A stretch of DNA of 41,752 bases, from assembly GCA_030603485.1 (NCBI GenBank), contig JAUVXS010000001.1, positions 1 to 41,752 on the forward strand. The letters run 5' to 3'. A program made the translations under genes and the position numbers. Below are positions 25,154-34,458 of the stretch, in pieces. Below the pieces are notes generated by a model that saw only the letters and a list, made by a program, of their open reading frames with translations, searched no databases and was not told where the DNA came from. Positions within the stretch are counted from its first letter, which is position 1. The number at the start of each line of letters is the position of its first letter. This stretch comes from Dehalococcoidia bacterium (lineage in GTDB: Bacteria > Chloroflexota > Dehalococcoidia > GIF9 > AB-539-J10).

Positions 25154-26239
25154 TTAATCAGGCATATTCCATTCTTGCAGCAGTTCGATACAGCGCTCAA
25201 CATTCTCCAAGGGCTGTGATGGCCCGCAAGGTAAGTTGAAACCTTCGTCGGCAAATCTGGAGGCGTTGGGAAAATCACCGCTATTGTTAAGATAAGAAGC
25301 AAGGTGCAGAGGCGGATGAAATCTTACTGTTTCTACTCCATGCTGGTTTAGGTAATCTATGATTTCATCTACATGCTTTGAGCGAACATCAATTAGTAAA
25401 GATACCTGCCCGGATTCAATATCTACAGGTATTACCTCAACATATCGTAGTGATGAAAGACCGTCAACATAGCGCTGGTATATTTTGTGAACATGTTTAA
25501 CCTTTTCGCCTAAACGGGATAGTTGAGCGACCCCAATGGACGCTAGTATGTCGCTGAATTTAAAATTAAACCCCATTGCTTCATACTTTTCATCTTTCCC
25601 TCGGCGCACTCCGTGGTCTCGAATCAGCTTAAGCTTTTGATAAAGTTTTTCCTCTCTGGTGACGACAACGCCACCGTAGCATGTTGATACGAGTGATACC
25701 ATTCCCAAAGAGTAACACCCGAGAGTGCCTAGTGTACCCAGGTATCCTTTTGAAGTTTTTGATGCCAAAGCCTTACATGCGTCCTCGATCAAAGCAATGC
25801 CAGCATCATGTGCAATCTCTAGTAACTCGTCCATCTGGCAAGGACGCCCATTATAGTGGACAGGGATAATCGCCTTGGTGCGCGGCGTAATTTTCCTCTT
25901 TACATCGACTGGGTCCATCAATGGTAGCTCAGGCAGACAATCGACAAGGATAGCCCTTGCCCCCAGGATTGCCGCTGCTTGTACCGTAGCAATCCAGGTT
26001 AAATCGGGAACAATCACCTCGTCTCCCGGCTCAACACCAACTGCCAAGAGTGCCATGGTAAGAGCAGCCGTACCACTATTTGTGACAACAGCATAAGGCA
26101 CTTCAAGCATCCGGGAGAACTGCTTTTCAAACTCTGCTCCCCTACTGCCCAGGGTGAGATGCTTATCATCAAAGGCAGATAGCAATTCTGCTTTTTCTGC
26201 TTCACCAAATTCTGTATACCACCATGGTATTGTGCCCAT
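25154..26239 (-). CDS. DegT/DnrJ/EryC1-family (fold-type I, sugar aminotransferase-like) protein lacking the Schiff-base lysine
   Basis: NSGTAALTMAL, IEDACKA, and GCYSLGMVSLVSTCYGGVVVT, which aligns without gaps to the family motif GCFSFHPVKNITTGEGGAVTT. Ser182 (TCA, 25694-25696) is in the lysine position. Confidence 0.8.
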   Translation of the reverse strand: MGTIPWWYTEFGEAEKAELLSAFDDKHLTLGSRGAEFEKQFSRMLEVPYAVVTNSGTAALTMALLAVGVEPGDEVIVPDLTWIATVQAAAILGARAILVDCLPELPLMDPVDVKRKITPRTKAIIPVHYNGRPCQMDELLEIAHDAGIALIEDACKALASKTSKGYLGTLGTLGCYSLGMVSLVSTCYGGVVVTREEKLYQKLKLIRDHGVRRGKDEKYEAMGFNFKFSDILASIGVAQLSRLGEKVKHVHKIYQRYVDGLSSLRYVEVIPVDIESGQVSLLIDVRSKHVDEIIDYLNQHGVETVRFHPPLHLASYLNNSGDFPNASRFADEGFNLPCGPSQPLENVERCIELLQEWNMPD

Positions 26240-26282
26240 GGTTTACCTCCTATAAGGTAAGAAACCAAAGCGGGATACAATC

Positions 26283-27104
26283 TCAGGAAGACCGACCGGA
26301 CGCGTTGTAAAAGGCTCTTCGGGCAACATGAAAATGGTCTCCCAAAGTAATCCCACCATCTATAGTTAAAACTTGGCCAGTGATATAAGCCGCAGAATCA
26401 GTACACAAAAACAGAGCAGCCTTGGCAATCTCTTCCGCAGTTGCCGCTCTTTTCAAGGGAACGACCACTTCAGTAACTGCTTTATTTACGGGGTCACTAG
26501 TAAGCGGCTTATTCTCGTCATAGAGGTCGACAAGTGCCGGACAGATAGCATTCACCCTAATGCCGTGAGGCCCAAATTCATGAGCCAGATATCGGGTCAG
26601 TTGCACAGCGCCTGCCTTTGCTACGTGATAGGCTGCAGGTTGATGCGATATGAAGAAGGCATTGGTAGAGACAATATTAACGATACTTCCTCCACCAGAC
26701 TTCAATAATTGCGGCAAAGCATGTTTGGCTATCAGAGCTGGCGCTTTCAACATAACATCCATAGCCAAGTCCCACTCTTTGAGACTCTCGGCAAATGGCA
26801 GGTTACTCAACTTTGGTCTGGCATTATTTATCACAATATCTAGATGATTACAGTTGTCAACGGTAAAACCTATCATAGCTTTGATATCGCTTTCCCGACG
26901 CAAATCTGCTTTCACAGAAAGGGCGCGCAGTCCTGCGTCACGAATAGCCTTGGCTACCACTTCACCCTCCGCTTTACGAATATCGGCGACAACTACTGAG
27001 GCACCTGCCTCAGCAAATACCCTTGCTATAATTCGCCCGATTCCATAAGCGGCTCCTGTAATGAGAGCAGCCTTACCTGCTAGAACATTAGATTCAGTAT
27101 TCAT
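26283..27104 (-). CDS. Classical short-chain dehydrogenase/reductase
   Basis: ALITGAAYGIGRIIA and the YHVAKAG (YxxxK) motif. ATG 27104 is preferred over TTG 27116. Confidence 0.85.
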   Translation of the reverse strand: MNTESNVLAGKAALITGAAYGIGRIIARVFAEAGASVVVADIRKAEGEVVAKAIRDAGLRALSVKADLRRESDIKAMIGFTVDNCNHLDIVINNARPKLSNLPFAESLKEWDLAMDVMLKAPALIAKHALPQLLKSGGGSIVNIVSTNAFFISHQPAAYHVAKAGAVQLTRYLAHEFGPHGIRVNAICPALVDLYDENKPLTSDPVNKAVTEVVVPLKRAATAEEIAKAALFLCTDSAAYITGQVLTIDGGITLGDHFHVARRAFYNASGRSS

Positions 27105-27105
27105 C

Positions 27106-28110
27106 TCAAGTCTCAAAAAAGGTCTCCGGCATTGCGTTCACTTGAGACATCAAGCCGAAGTTTTTGATTATTGTGTCTATTTCGGCCAGCTCCTCACCAG
27201 ATAGAGTCCATTCGGTGGCGTGGACGTTGGTCTCTAGCTGACCGAGATTGCGCATTCCGGCCAGAACCACCGAAATATCGGTCTGGGCTAATAACCAGGC
27301 AATTGCCAACTCGGTGGCAGTACGGCCACGCTCTTGTGCAAATTCGTCCAAGGCAGCTACTAGACCCAAGGTATCTTCAGAGAGCCAACATCTCACCCTA
27401 ATACTCGTTACCGCCCGGCTACCTTCTGGTATGGGCTGATTTAGCTTGTATTTGCCAGTTAGAATACCACGGGCTAAGGCCCTGTTGCAAATAATCCCTA
27501 ATCCAAGGGCACGGCAAGCAGGGACGACATCCTGCTCTGCTCTGCGCTCTATTAGGTTGTAGTGAACCTGAAAGGATGCAAATTGCGTCCATCCACGCTT
27601 AGCAGCTACCGATGATACCAATTTGAGTTCAGTATGGTTATAATTCGAACAACCAATGAAGCGTACTTTGCCCTCTTTGACAAGCATGTCCAGTGTCTCT
27701 ATGCCCTCCTCAATAGGCGTCTCCGGGTCAAAGGCGTGGATTTGATAAAGATCGATATAGTCAGTCCCAAGAGCACGCAGACTCTGCTCAAGGCTAGAGC
27801 GAATGTAATCTTTAGTCAAAGGGGCTACCGAGACACCAAAAGTGCCATCCGATGCAATCAAGGGTTTAAGCCCAACCTTGGTGCTGAGCAGAACTTCATG
27901 GCGGCGTCCCCGGATAGCATTCTTGACAAAGGTTTCTGAATATCCCTCACCATACATTGGTGCCGTGTCAATGAAATTGATGCCATGGCCAAGGGCTTGG
28001 TGGATAATACGTGTAGTAGTGACCTGGTCGCAGAAGACTCCGAAATGCAAGCCGCCTATCCCAAGGCCTGAAGTCATAAGCGAAGAGTGCCCTAGCTCTC
28101 TATATTCCAT
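27106..28110 (-). CDS. Aldo/keto reductase
   Basis: MEYRELGHSSL..GLGIGG...INFIDTAPMYGEGYSE, and a typical length of about 330 aa. Confidence 0.85.
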   Translation of the reverse strand: MEYRELGHSSLMTSGLGIGGLHFGVFCDQVTTTRIIHQALGHGINFIDTAPMYGEGYSETFVKNAIRGRRHEVLLSTKVGLKPLIASDGTFGVSVAPLTKDYIRSSLEQSLRALGTDYIDLYQIHAFDPETPIEEGIETLDMLVKEGKVRFIGCSNYNHTELKLVSSVAAKRGWTQFASFQVHYNLIERRAEQDVVPACRALGLGIICNRALARGILTGKYKLNQPIPEGSRAVTSIRVRCWLSEDTLGLVAALDEFAQERGRTATELAIAWLLAQTDISVVLAGMRNLGQLETNVHATEWTLSGEELAEIDTIIKNFGLMSQVNAMPETFFET

Positions 28111-28147
28111 TTATGCCCTCTATGCTTCATTTTACGGGGGAAAATTC

Positions 28148-28882
28148 CTAGATTGTAGAGGTTAAAGGGTTAAGTCTATATTCTAGGCTCAATCTGGTGA
28201 CACTACTGACAATGACATCTTCACTGTGCAGAGTCTTCGGGTGATAGAAAATAACCTGCCCTCTCTCCAACTTGGGGTTATAGCTCTCTAAATCGGCTGG
28301 AGGGTTTGCTAAACAGTACTCCCCCTTAGTGAATTTATCATTAGGTGGAAGATATTTTTCATATTCTTTCAGATGTGACCCCGGGACTAAAGTGAGTGTT
28401 TCACTAGGCTCGTATCCAATTATTGGAACCCAACAGGAGACCACATTCTTAGCTATTCCCCAAGTCTTACGACTTAGAGGATAACCATCCCCCACCCCCG
28501 GTCTGATAAATCTGAAAGCGAGCCAGCCCAGACCCTCATCCCAAATTTTGTAATGCTCTAAGCCAATTTTACCCAGAAAACTTTTCACCTTATCATTCAG
28601 CAGAACCTTTTCTATCTCTGAATCCCCACATACGTGACGATTCTTAGCGCAAAATATATTGTCGTGGTCTATGTGCAAGAATTCCGACCAAATATGATAA
28701 GTCTCCAGAGGTAGTGGGTCTTCCTTACCGGCGGTCCATTTTGTCAATAGCCGATAAACCCATGTCTTAGCAAATTTCTCCAGCATACACACTTGACTCT
28801 CGTCTAATACGCTGATAACTGCAAAACCATAACGGTTGTACATATCGACAGGATTGGTTGGAAATTGATAGGTATCCACCAT
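28148..28882 (-). CDS. Hypothetical protein; tentative PhyH/2-oxoglutarate oxygenase-like fold
   Basis: VSCWVPIIGYEPSETLTLVPGSHL and GQVIFYHPKTLHSEDV...R resemble PhyH strand motifs. I could not place a canonical HxD upstream of them. Confidence 0.3.
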   Translation of the reverse strand: MVDTYQFPTNPVDMYNRYGFAVISVLDESQVCMLEKFAKTWVYRLLTKWTAGKEDPLPLETYHIWSEFLHIDHDNIFCAKNRHVCGDSEIEKVLLNDKVKSFLGKIGLEHYKIWDEGLGWLAFRFIRPGVGDGYPLSRKTWGIAKNVVSCWVPIIGYEPSETLTLVPGSHLKEYEKYLPPNDKFTKGEYCLANPPADLESYNPKLERGQVIFYHPKTLHSEDVIVSSVTRLSLEYRLNPLTSTI

Positions 28883-28897
28883 TACTATTGCTCCTTT

Positions 28898-29827
28898 CTA
28901 AAGATTGAAGTCCGCCCTCACTCGATTCAGGATGCCGTCACGGGTCAAGCCGAGCTTCTCACAATGGTCTTCGTACAATCCGTATCCGGTTACAAAAGTA
29001 TCGGGGATGGATAGAGAAGCGTACTGGACATTCGAAATGTCCCTGGTGGCACGCAGCACATCATCGCCCAATCCGCCGCTTTGCGTGTGCTCCTCGATTA
29101 CCAAGACATGTTTTGTTTTGCTCACGCTGGCGCGAATTAAGCCGGTATCCAGAGGGCGAATGGTATGGATGTATAAAATCTCAGCATCCCACTTCATGTC
29201 GCCTAGCGCGTCTCGTGCGGCTAAGGCGTTTTGCAGTTGTGGCCCGGTGGCGACGATAGTCAAGTTACTGCCCTCGATAACCTTGATACCTTTGCCAAAT
29301 TGAACATCTTTAGCACTGAAGTCCTCGCCATGCTGGTGAGCAGGGAGACGAAAGAGAGTCAGCGCACCGTTCCGATATACCTGTCGGAAGAGCGTATCAA
29401 ATTCAACAGGGCTGGATGGGTAGGTGATTTGCGCACCGGGCAGGGTTTTGATGAGAGCGAAATCGCCATAGCAGTGGTGCGTACACCCCAGGTTGGAATA
29501 ATCAAAAACACTCCCAACCGTCACCAGATTGCCGCCCAGTTGTTGATAGCAGAAGTCAAGCTTGATCTGCTCAAACGACCGCTCAACAATGAAAGGTGCA
29601 ATGGTATGAACGACGGGGTAATAGCCTACTTTCGCTAGTCCGGCAGCCATGCTGACCATGGTCTGTTCACAAATCCCAACATTGTAATAACGCCCAGGAC
29701 ATGCCTTGGCGAATGGCTGCAAGATAAAATGGCTGATATCGCCGACCAGCACCACCAGCTTGGGGTCTTCTTGACCAACCTCTAGCATTGTGTCGGCAAA
29801 TTGTTCTCTTATCAACTTTGTAGTCAA
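28898..29827 (-). CDS. Transketolase C-terminal (pyrimidine-binding) subunit
   Basis: FADTMLEVGQEDPKLVVLVGD and CEQTMVSMAAGLA motifs. TTG start overlaps the upstream TGA (TTGA). Confidence 0.85.
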   Translation of the reverse strand: MTTKLIREQFADTMLEVGQEDPKLVVLVGDISHFILQPFAKACPGRYYNVGICEQTMVSMAAGLAKVGYYPVVHTIAPFIVERSFEQIKLDFCYQQLGGNLVTVGSVFDYSNLGCTHHCYGDFALIKTLPGAQITYPSSPVEFDTLFRQVYRNGALTLFRLPAHQHGEDFSAKDVQFGKGIKVIEGSNLTIVATGPQLQNALAARDALGDMKWDAEILYIHTIRPLDTGLIRASVSKTKHVLVIEEHTQSGGLGDDVLRATRDISNVQYASLSIPDTFVTGYGLYEDHCEKLGLTRDGILNRVRADFNL

Positions 29828-30597
29828 GATAGGGCCTCCATAATGACTTTAAGCTCTTCTTTGGTGGGTATCCTGTGATGCCAGGGACCGTGTCCTTCGA
29901 GCATGGGTACCCCTTTGCCCTTGACCGTTCTGGCAATGATGGCCGTGGGTGTACCCTGAGATTGAAATTTGACCTTGCTTAGAGCGGCGTGTAATTCAGC
30001 CTTGGAGTGACCGTCAATTACCATAATCTCCCAGCCGAAGGCTCGCCACTTGGCGGGCAAGTCATCACGGGGCATAAGTTGTACCGCCGAGCCATTCTGG
30101 TCCACAATCATGCACATGTTCCCCAGTTGCAGATTGTTGGCAACATTCGCTGCCTCCCAGACGGACCCCTCATGGCATTCCCCGTCGCCCACCAGGACAT
30201 AGACCTTATTGTCCATCTGGTGAAGGCGTAATCCAAGGGCGATACCCACGGCAAACGGTAAACCGTGTCCCAGAGAACCAGTTGATGCCTCAATACCTGG
30301 AATCTTGGTGCAATCTGGGTGCTCACCCAGGATTCCTCCCGGCTTGCAGAACAAGGCTATATCCTGCGCTGTGATAAAGCCGTATTTCTCCAGTATTACA
30401 TACAGAGCTAAACAACCATGGCCCTTGCTAAGTATGAAGTAGTCCCGCTCAGGCCAATCGGGATTTTGTGGGTCAAACTTCAGGTAGTCCTGATAAAGGA
30501 CTTCTGTAATATCAATAATGGAGAAGGCACTCGGCATATGCCCGTCTTTGCCATCATATACCATCTGGGCGATTTTCCTGCGTAGTTCCTCGTTCAT
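29824..30597 (-). CDS. Transketolase N-terminal (ThDP-binding) subunit
   Basis: SKGHGCLALY, GSLGHGLPFAVG, and the ThDP motif GDGECHEGSVWEAANVANNLQLGNMCMIVDQN. Confidence 0.85.
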   Translation of the reverse strand: MNEELRRKIAQMVYDGKDGHMPSAFSIIDITEVLYQDYLKFDPQNPDWPERDYFILSKGHGCLALYVILEKYGFITAQDIALFCKPGGILGEHPDCTKIPGIEASTGSLGHGLPFAVGIALGLRLHQMDNKVYVLVGDGECHEGSVWEAANVANNLQLGNMCMIVDQNGSAVQLMPRDDLPAKWRAFGWEIMVIDGHSKAELHAALSKVKFQSQGTPTAIIARTVKGKGVPMLEGHGPWHHRIPTKEELKVIMEALS

Positions 30598-30618
30598 AGC
30601 TATCCTTTCCGGAAAATA

Positions 30619-31482
30619 TTAGTCATGCCAGGGTATCTCACTCTTACAGGTTATAAAAAGGGTGCCTTCGCGATAGCTGGTGGGCACATCATCAACATCG
30701 TGTACCAGTTGCCAGTTGGTTTTCTGAGAGAAAAGCCGAACTCCCAAAGTTGTAAAGTGCTCGTAGATAGCACCAGCGTTGCTTTCATCTTCAACCTCAA
30801 CCAGGGCATCTGTCTTTAACCAGTGTTCAAGATTAGTAGCCAGGAGAATTTCTTTCTCATGCCCTTCAGCGTCAAGCTTTATCAAGTCAGCCCAGGTTAT
30901 GAGAGGTTCAATGGCTGCAACACTGACCGGGAATCTTTCAAGGTCGCCATAAGGATTAGCTTTAGAACCAGCGATATGACTTGCTGTAAGATTACCCAAT
31001 ACCCGTACGAACTCCAGTTCACCTGCCTTGCTGGAAACAGCAGCATTAGACGTCTGCACATTGTAGCAGTTATTCAATGCTAGATTTCGCTGCAGGACTT
31101 TAAAGTGTTGGGGGTCGGGCTCATAGGCGCGAACTTCATATCCACACTTACTCAAGATAATTGAGTGAAGCCCGATATTAGCACCGATGTCCAGAACCCG
31201 GCGGTATATTTTACGGTTTGTCCAGTAAAAACTAAAGATAATGAGCTCATCAAGGTCAAATAGATTCAACGAGTCAATGGCTCCCATTTTGTGGTATGGT
31301 AATACCAGCTCTCCGAATGGCTTGAACTCTCTGGCTGTGGCATCTTGTTCAGAAAACAGTTTCTCAACTTCGCTACGGGCGACTTGTCTAAATAGAGCAT
31401 GTGCTTTTGACCCAGGGGCATGTTGACCGCTCAGTGACGGGAGTGTTAGAAATAGATTTTCCAGGATAGAAGTGGAACTCAT
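30619..31482 (-). CDS. FkbM-family methyltransferase
   Basis: VLDIGANIGLHSI..YEPDP..F..L..N and LIKLDAEGHEKEIL are characteristic of FkbM. Confidence 0.8.
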   Translation of the reverse strand: MSSTSILENLFLTLPSLSGQHAPGSKAHALFRQVARSEVEKLFSEQDATAREFKPFGELVLPYHKMGAIDSLNLFDLDELIIFSFYWTNRKIYRRVLDIGANIGLHSIILSKCGYEVRAYEPDPQHFKVLQRNLALNNCYNVQTSNAAVSSKAGELEFVRVLGNLTASHIAGSKANPYGDLERFPVSVAAIEPLITWADLIKLDAEGHEKEILLATNLEHWLKTDALVEVEDESNAGAIYEHFTTLGVRLFSQKTNWQLVHDVDDVPTSYREGTLFITCKSEIPWHD

Positions 31483-32336
31483 GTCACCCTCTCATTCTTT
31501 ACCAGCCAGTCATTACCATATCTTCTCAGTTTATACATGTTTGGTTCTTCGGCTAACCGTCTCTCCATCTCTTCACTTCCCCATTTGTCAAACACCACGC
31601 TAAAGTTACGTCCGCTTATTAGCTCTCGTGGAGCATTGACCAACCAATCACAGCAGTCTAAAACTTGCTCCATCGGTGTGCATTCGTTACTTACCAGTTT
31701 GTCTATGGTACGCTGATAGTTAGCGCCAGCCCGTGCCCCGGCGCTGAGTGTCTCATTGTGTATCTTCGTCTTTACCCAGCCCGGACCAACGATGACAAAG
31801 CGAGTATCGGATATTTCGGCATCCAGAAGCTCACACATCTTGATCAGGCCTATCTTTGAGACGACATACGCCGAGTAGCTGACCGGAGCATTGTTGGTTC
31901 CTCCGCCGGCGAAAAGCAGGACACATGGTCCAAGGGCAGAATTGACACATCTGGATGGCAGCAATTCGTGGATGATACGCATCTGGCTGGTGAAGTTTGT
32001 TCCTACAGATTCTTCCCATTCATCAAAGTTACATTCGATAAAGGGACCGACTGGCTCTTGTGTGCCTGGACACACGGCAAGTACATCCCATTGTGGACAG
32101 AGTGTTCGCAGACTGGAGCAAGCATCAACTATCGATTTGGGCTCCGAGAGGTCACAGTATACGAGCTCTATCCCATGCTTGTCAAGTTCGTCCACAGCTT
32201 CAGATTTAGTCCGGTAAGTCCCGAATACATTCCAACCACAGGCTGCCCACCTTCGGCTCATAGCCGTACCGATATCGCTGGAAGCCGAGATGATTATCGC
32301 TGCCGAATCTTCTTTCTTCATAAAAGACGTTTTCAC
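31479..32336 (-). CDS. SDR-family oxidoreductase
   Basis: IIISASSDIGTAMS cofactor motif and YVVSK (YxxxK). Its stop overlaps the next start (ATGA). Confidence 0.7.
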   Translation of the reverse strand: MKTSFMKKEDSAAIIISASSDIGTAMSRRWAACGWNVFGTYRTKSEAVDELDKHGIELVYCDLSEPKSIVDACSSLRTLCPQWDVLAVCPGTQEPVGPFIECNFDEWEESVGTNFTSQMRIIHELLPSRCVNSALGPCVLLFAGGGTNNAPVSYSAYVVSKIGLIKMCELLDAEISDTRFVIVGPGWVKTKIHNETLSAGARAGANYQRTIDKLVSNECTPMEQVLDCCDWLVNAPRELISGRNFSVVFDKWGSEEMERRLAEEPNMYKLRRYGNDWLVKNERVT

Positions 32337-32357
32337 TCTTTCATAATTATATTATTA

Positions 32358-33356
32358 TCACGCTTTATGCACATATTCCAGCGGTTCCTTCTGAATCTCA
32401 TCCCAGTTGTCCTCAACCCATTTAATGACGCCGGAAATCCCTTCTTCAAAGGTAATCTCTGGTCGCCAGCCAAATTCATCTCTGGCTTTTAAAGAGTCAA
32501 TCACATAAGCAGCGTCCTGCCCGAGTCTCTCGGCTACTGTTTTGGTTGCTTTTTCAAAGGCAACTCCCATTTTATCACAGATGGTTTGCAGAACATCTCT
32601 TATGGCTATCCCTTTATCCGGCGAAAGGTGGTATATTTCCCCGGCACGCCCTTTTGCCATAGCCTGTAACTCACCCTTTGAAATATCTCTGATGTGGATA
32701 TACGATTTAACCGCATGGCCGCCTCCGTGCAGTTCTATGGTCTTGCCCAGTTTAATATAAACAACCGTTCTCGGGATAATCTTGAATAACTGCTGATGGG
32801 CACCATACACATTGGTAGAACGAATCATTACCAGAGGAAAATTATAATTTTTGAAAAATGTAAATAAAGACAAATCACCAGCCGCTTTAGAAGCTGCGTA
32901 AGGGGTGCTGGGATTCAGCGGCGCCGACTCGGTAACTGTGCCCTCACAGGCGCCATAGACTTCCGGCGATGAGATATGCACGTAGCGTTTGAGATAGTTC
33001 CGGTCTTTCAACGCGCTCGTTAGTTTTGCCAGAGCCACCACGTTGGTCTGGAACCACTGCTCCGGGTGTTCCCAACTGGGGGCCACCTCACTCTGCGCGG
33101 CGAAGTTCACCACATACTCAGGCGCGAAGGAATCCAATAACTCGATTATCTGTGTCATATTTGTGTTTAAGTCCATCTGGTAGAACTTGAAGTTTGCCCC
33201 CTGGCGTCGCTTGTAGGGCAAGAACAGGGCGCTCTTTTCCGCCGAGCGGCTGATGCCGATGACCTCGCTCTGCTCGTTGTCCAAGAGCAGGTCAATGAAG
33301 TCGCTACCAGAGAATGAATTACTGCCAATGACTACGGTTTTGCGTCTCTGAGACAT
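32358..33356 (-). CDS. RmlB-like extended SDR (NDP-sugar dehydratase/epimerase family)
   Basis: VVIGSNSFSGSDFIDLLL, NFAAQSEV, TNVVA and YAASKAAGD. The usual TDEVYG is SPEVYG here, so true 4,6-dehydratase activity is uncertain. Confidence 0.7.
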   Translation of the reverse strand: MSQRRKTVVIGSNSFSGSDFIDLLLDNEQSEVIGISRSAEKSALFLPYKRRQGANFKFYQMDLNTNMTQIIELLDSFAPEYVVNFAAQSEVAPSWEHPEQWFQTNVVALAKLTSALKDRNYLKRYVHISSPEVYGACEGTVTESAPLNPSTPYAASKAAGDLSLFTFFKNYNFPLVMIRSTNVYGAHQQLFKIIPRTVVYIKLGKTIELHGGGHAVKSYIHIRDISKGELQAMAKGRAGEIYHLSPDKGIAIRDVLQTICDKMGVAFEKATKTVAERLGQDAAYVIDSLKARDEFGWRPEITFEEGISGVIKWVEDNWDEIQKEPLEYVHKA

Positions 33357-33377
33357 TTAACTAATCCTCTCAAACTA

Positions 33378-34436
33378 TTAGAACGGACCGGTAAAACTCA
33401 AGTCTGGAACATCAAGCGGTACGGATGTTGCCATGTCTGAGACAATTTTATCAACGCTGAGCCCCATCATTTTCCTGGCGGTGGCTACAATGTGAACCGC
33501 TCTCGGGTAGTAGTGGTTGGCTAAGGCTGGGGTGGTGGGTGTAGGGCAATCGGGCAGAGTCACACGCATGGGGCAGTTCTTTAGGTCGCTGAACGCTTCT
33601 TCTGCTACCAGCGTCACAATTTCAGCACTGAATCCGCCAGTCTTCCAGCCTGTGTCAGCCACGATAAGCCGTCCTGTTTTGCCTACTGACTCCAGAATCA
33701 AACTCTCATCCAGTGGCCTCAGCGTGCGGATATCTATGACTTCTGCGCTGATGCCATCCGTTGCCAACATCTCTGCTGCTCGGAGCGCTTCCAGAACCAT
33801 GTATGATGTGGCGGCAATGGTCACGTCATTGCCATCCCTGGTCACTCTGGCCTTTCCGAGAGGCACTCGATACACCTCTTCTGGCACGTGTCCTATGGTG
33901 TTGTAGAGCCAGCGGTGCTCGATAAATATGACAGGGTTATTATCTTCGATACTCGATACAAGTAGTCCTTTGGCATCGTAAGGAGTGGTGGGCATGACTA
34001 CTTTGAGGCCTGGAACATGAGCGAACCAGGCTTGCAGGTTTTGGGAGTGCTGCGGACCCTGTCCCCAACCCCTGCCGATTATCATACGGAGCACCAGAGG
34101 AATACGCATCTGACCCCCGAACATGTAATGCCAATTGGCAGCTTGGTTAACGATTTGCTCTACGGCTAACAGGGCAAAGTCGACCCGCTGATGTGTTATA
34201 ATTGGCCTCATCCCGGCCAGGGCCGACCCGATAGCCACCCCAGTCATAGCGTTTTCAGAGGCAGGCATATCCATGACACGCGCACTTCCATATTTTTGCT
34301 GTAGACCCAAGGTGCTGCCAAAAATACCTTTCGGGTCAGGCACGCCCAGTCCCATAATATAAACAGTCGCATCTTTGGTCATGCACAGGTCAATGGCTTC
34401 ATTGATAGCTTGGAAATACTTTAGCTCTCTGCTCAT
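33378..34436 (-). CDS. 2-oxoacid dehydrogenase E1 beta-like subunit (transketolase-like pyrimidine-binding)
   Basis: LKYFQAINEAIDLCM..VYIMGLGV..MDMPASENAMTGVAIGSALAGMRP. ATG 34436 follows a GGAGG Shine-Dalgarno (the ORF opens at 34532). Confidence 0.85.
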   Translation of the reverse strand: MSRELKYFQAINEAIDLCMTKDATVYIMGLGVPDPKGIFGSTLGLQQKYGSARVMDMPASENAMTGVAIGSALAGMRPIITHQRVDFALLAVEQIVNQAANWHYMFGGQMRIPLVLRMIIGRGWGQGPQHSQNLQAWFAHVPGLKVVMPTTPYDAKGLLVSSIEDNNPVIFIEHRWLYNTIGHVPEEVYRVPLGKARVTRDGNDVTIAATSYMVLEALRAAEMLATDGISAEVIDIRTLRPLDESLILESVGKTGRLIVADTGWKTGGFSAEIVTLVAEEAFSDLKNCPMRVTLPDCPTPTTPALANHYYPRAVHIVATARKMMGLSVDKIVSDMATSVPLDVPDLSFTGPF

Positions 34437-34458
34437 TATTTGAGATTCCTCCTGCGGC

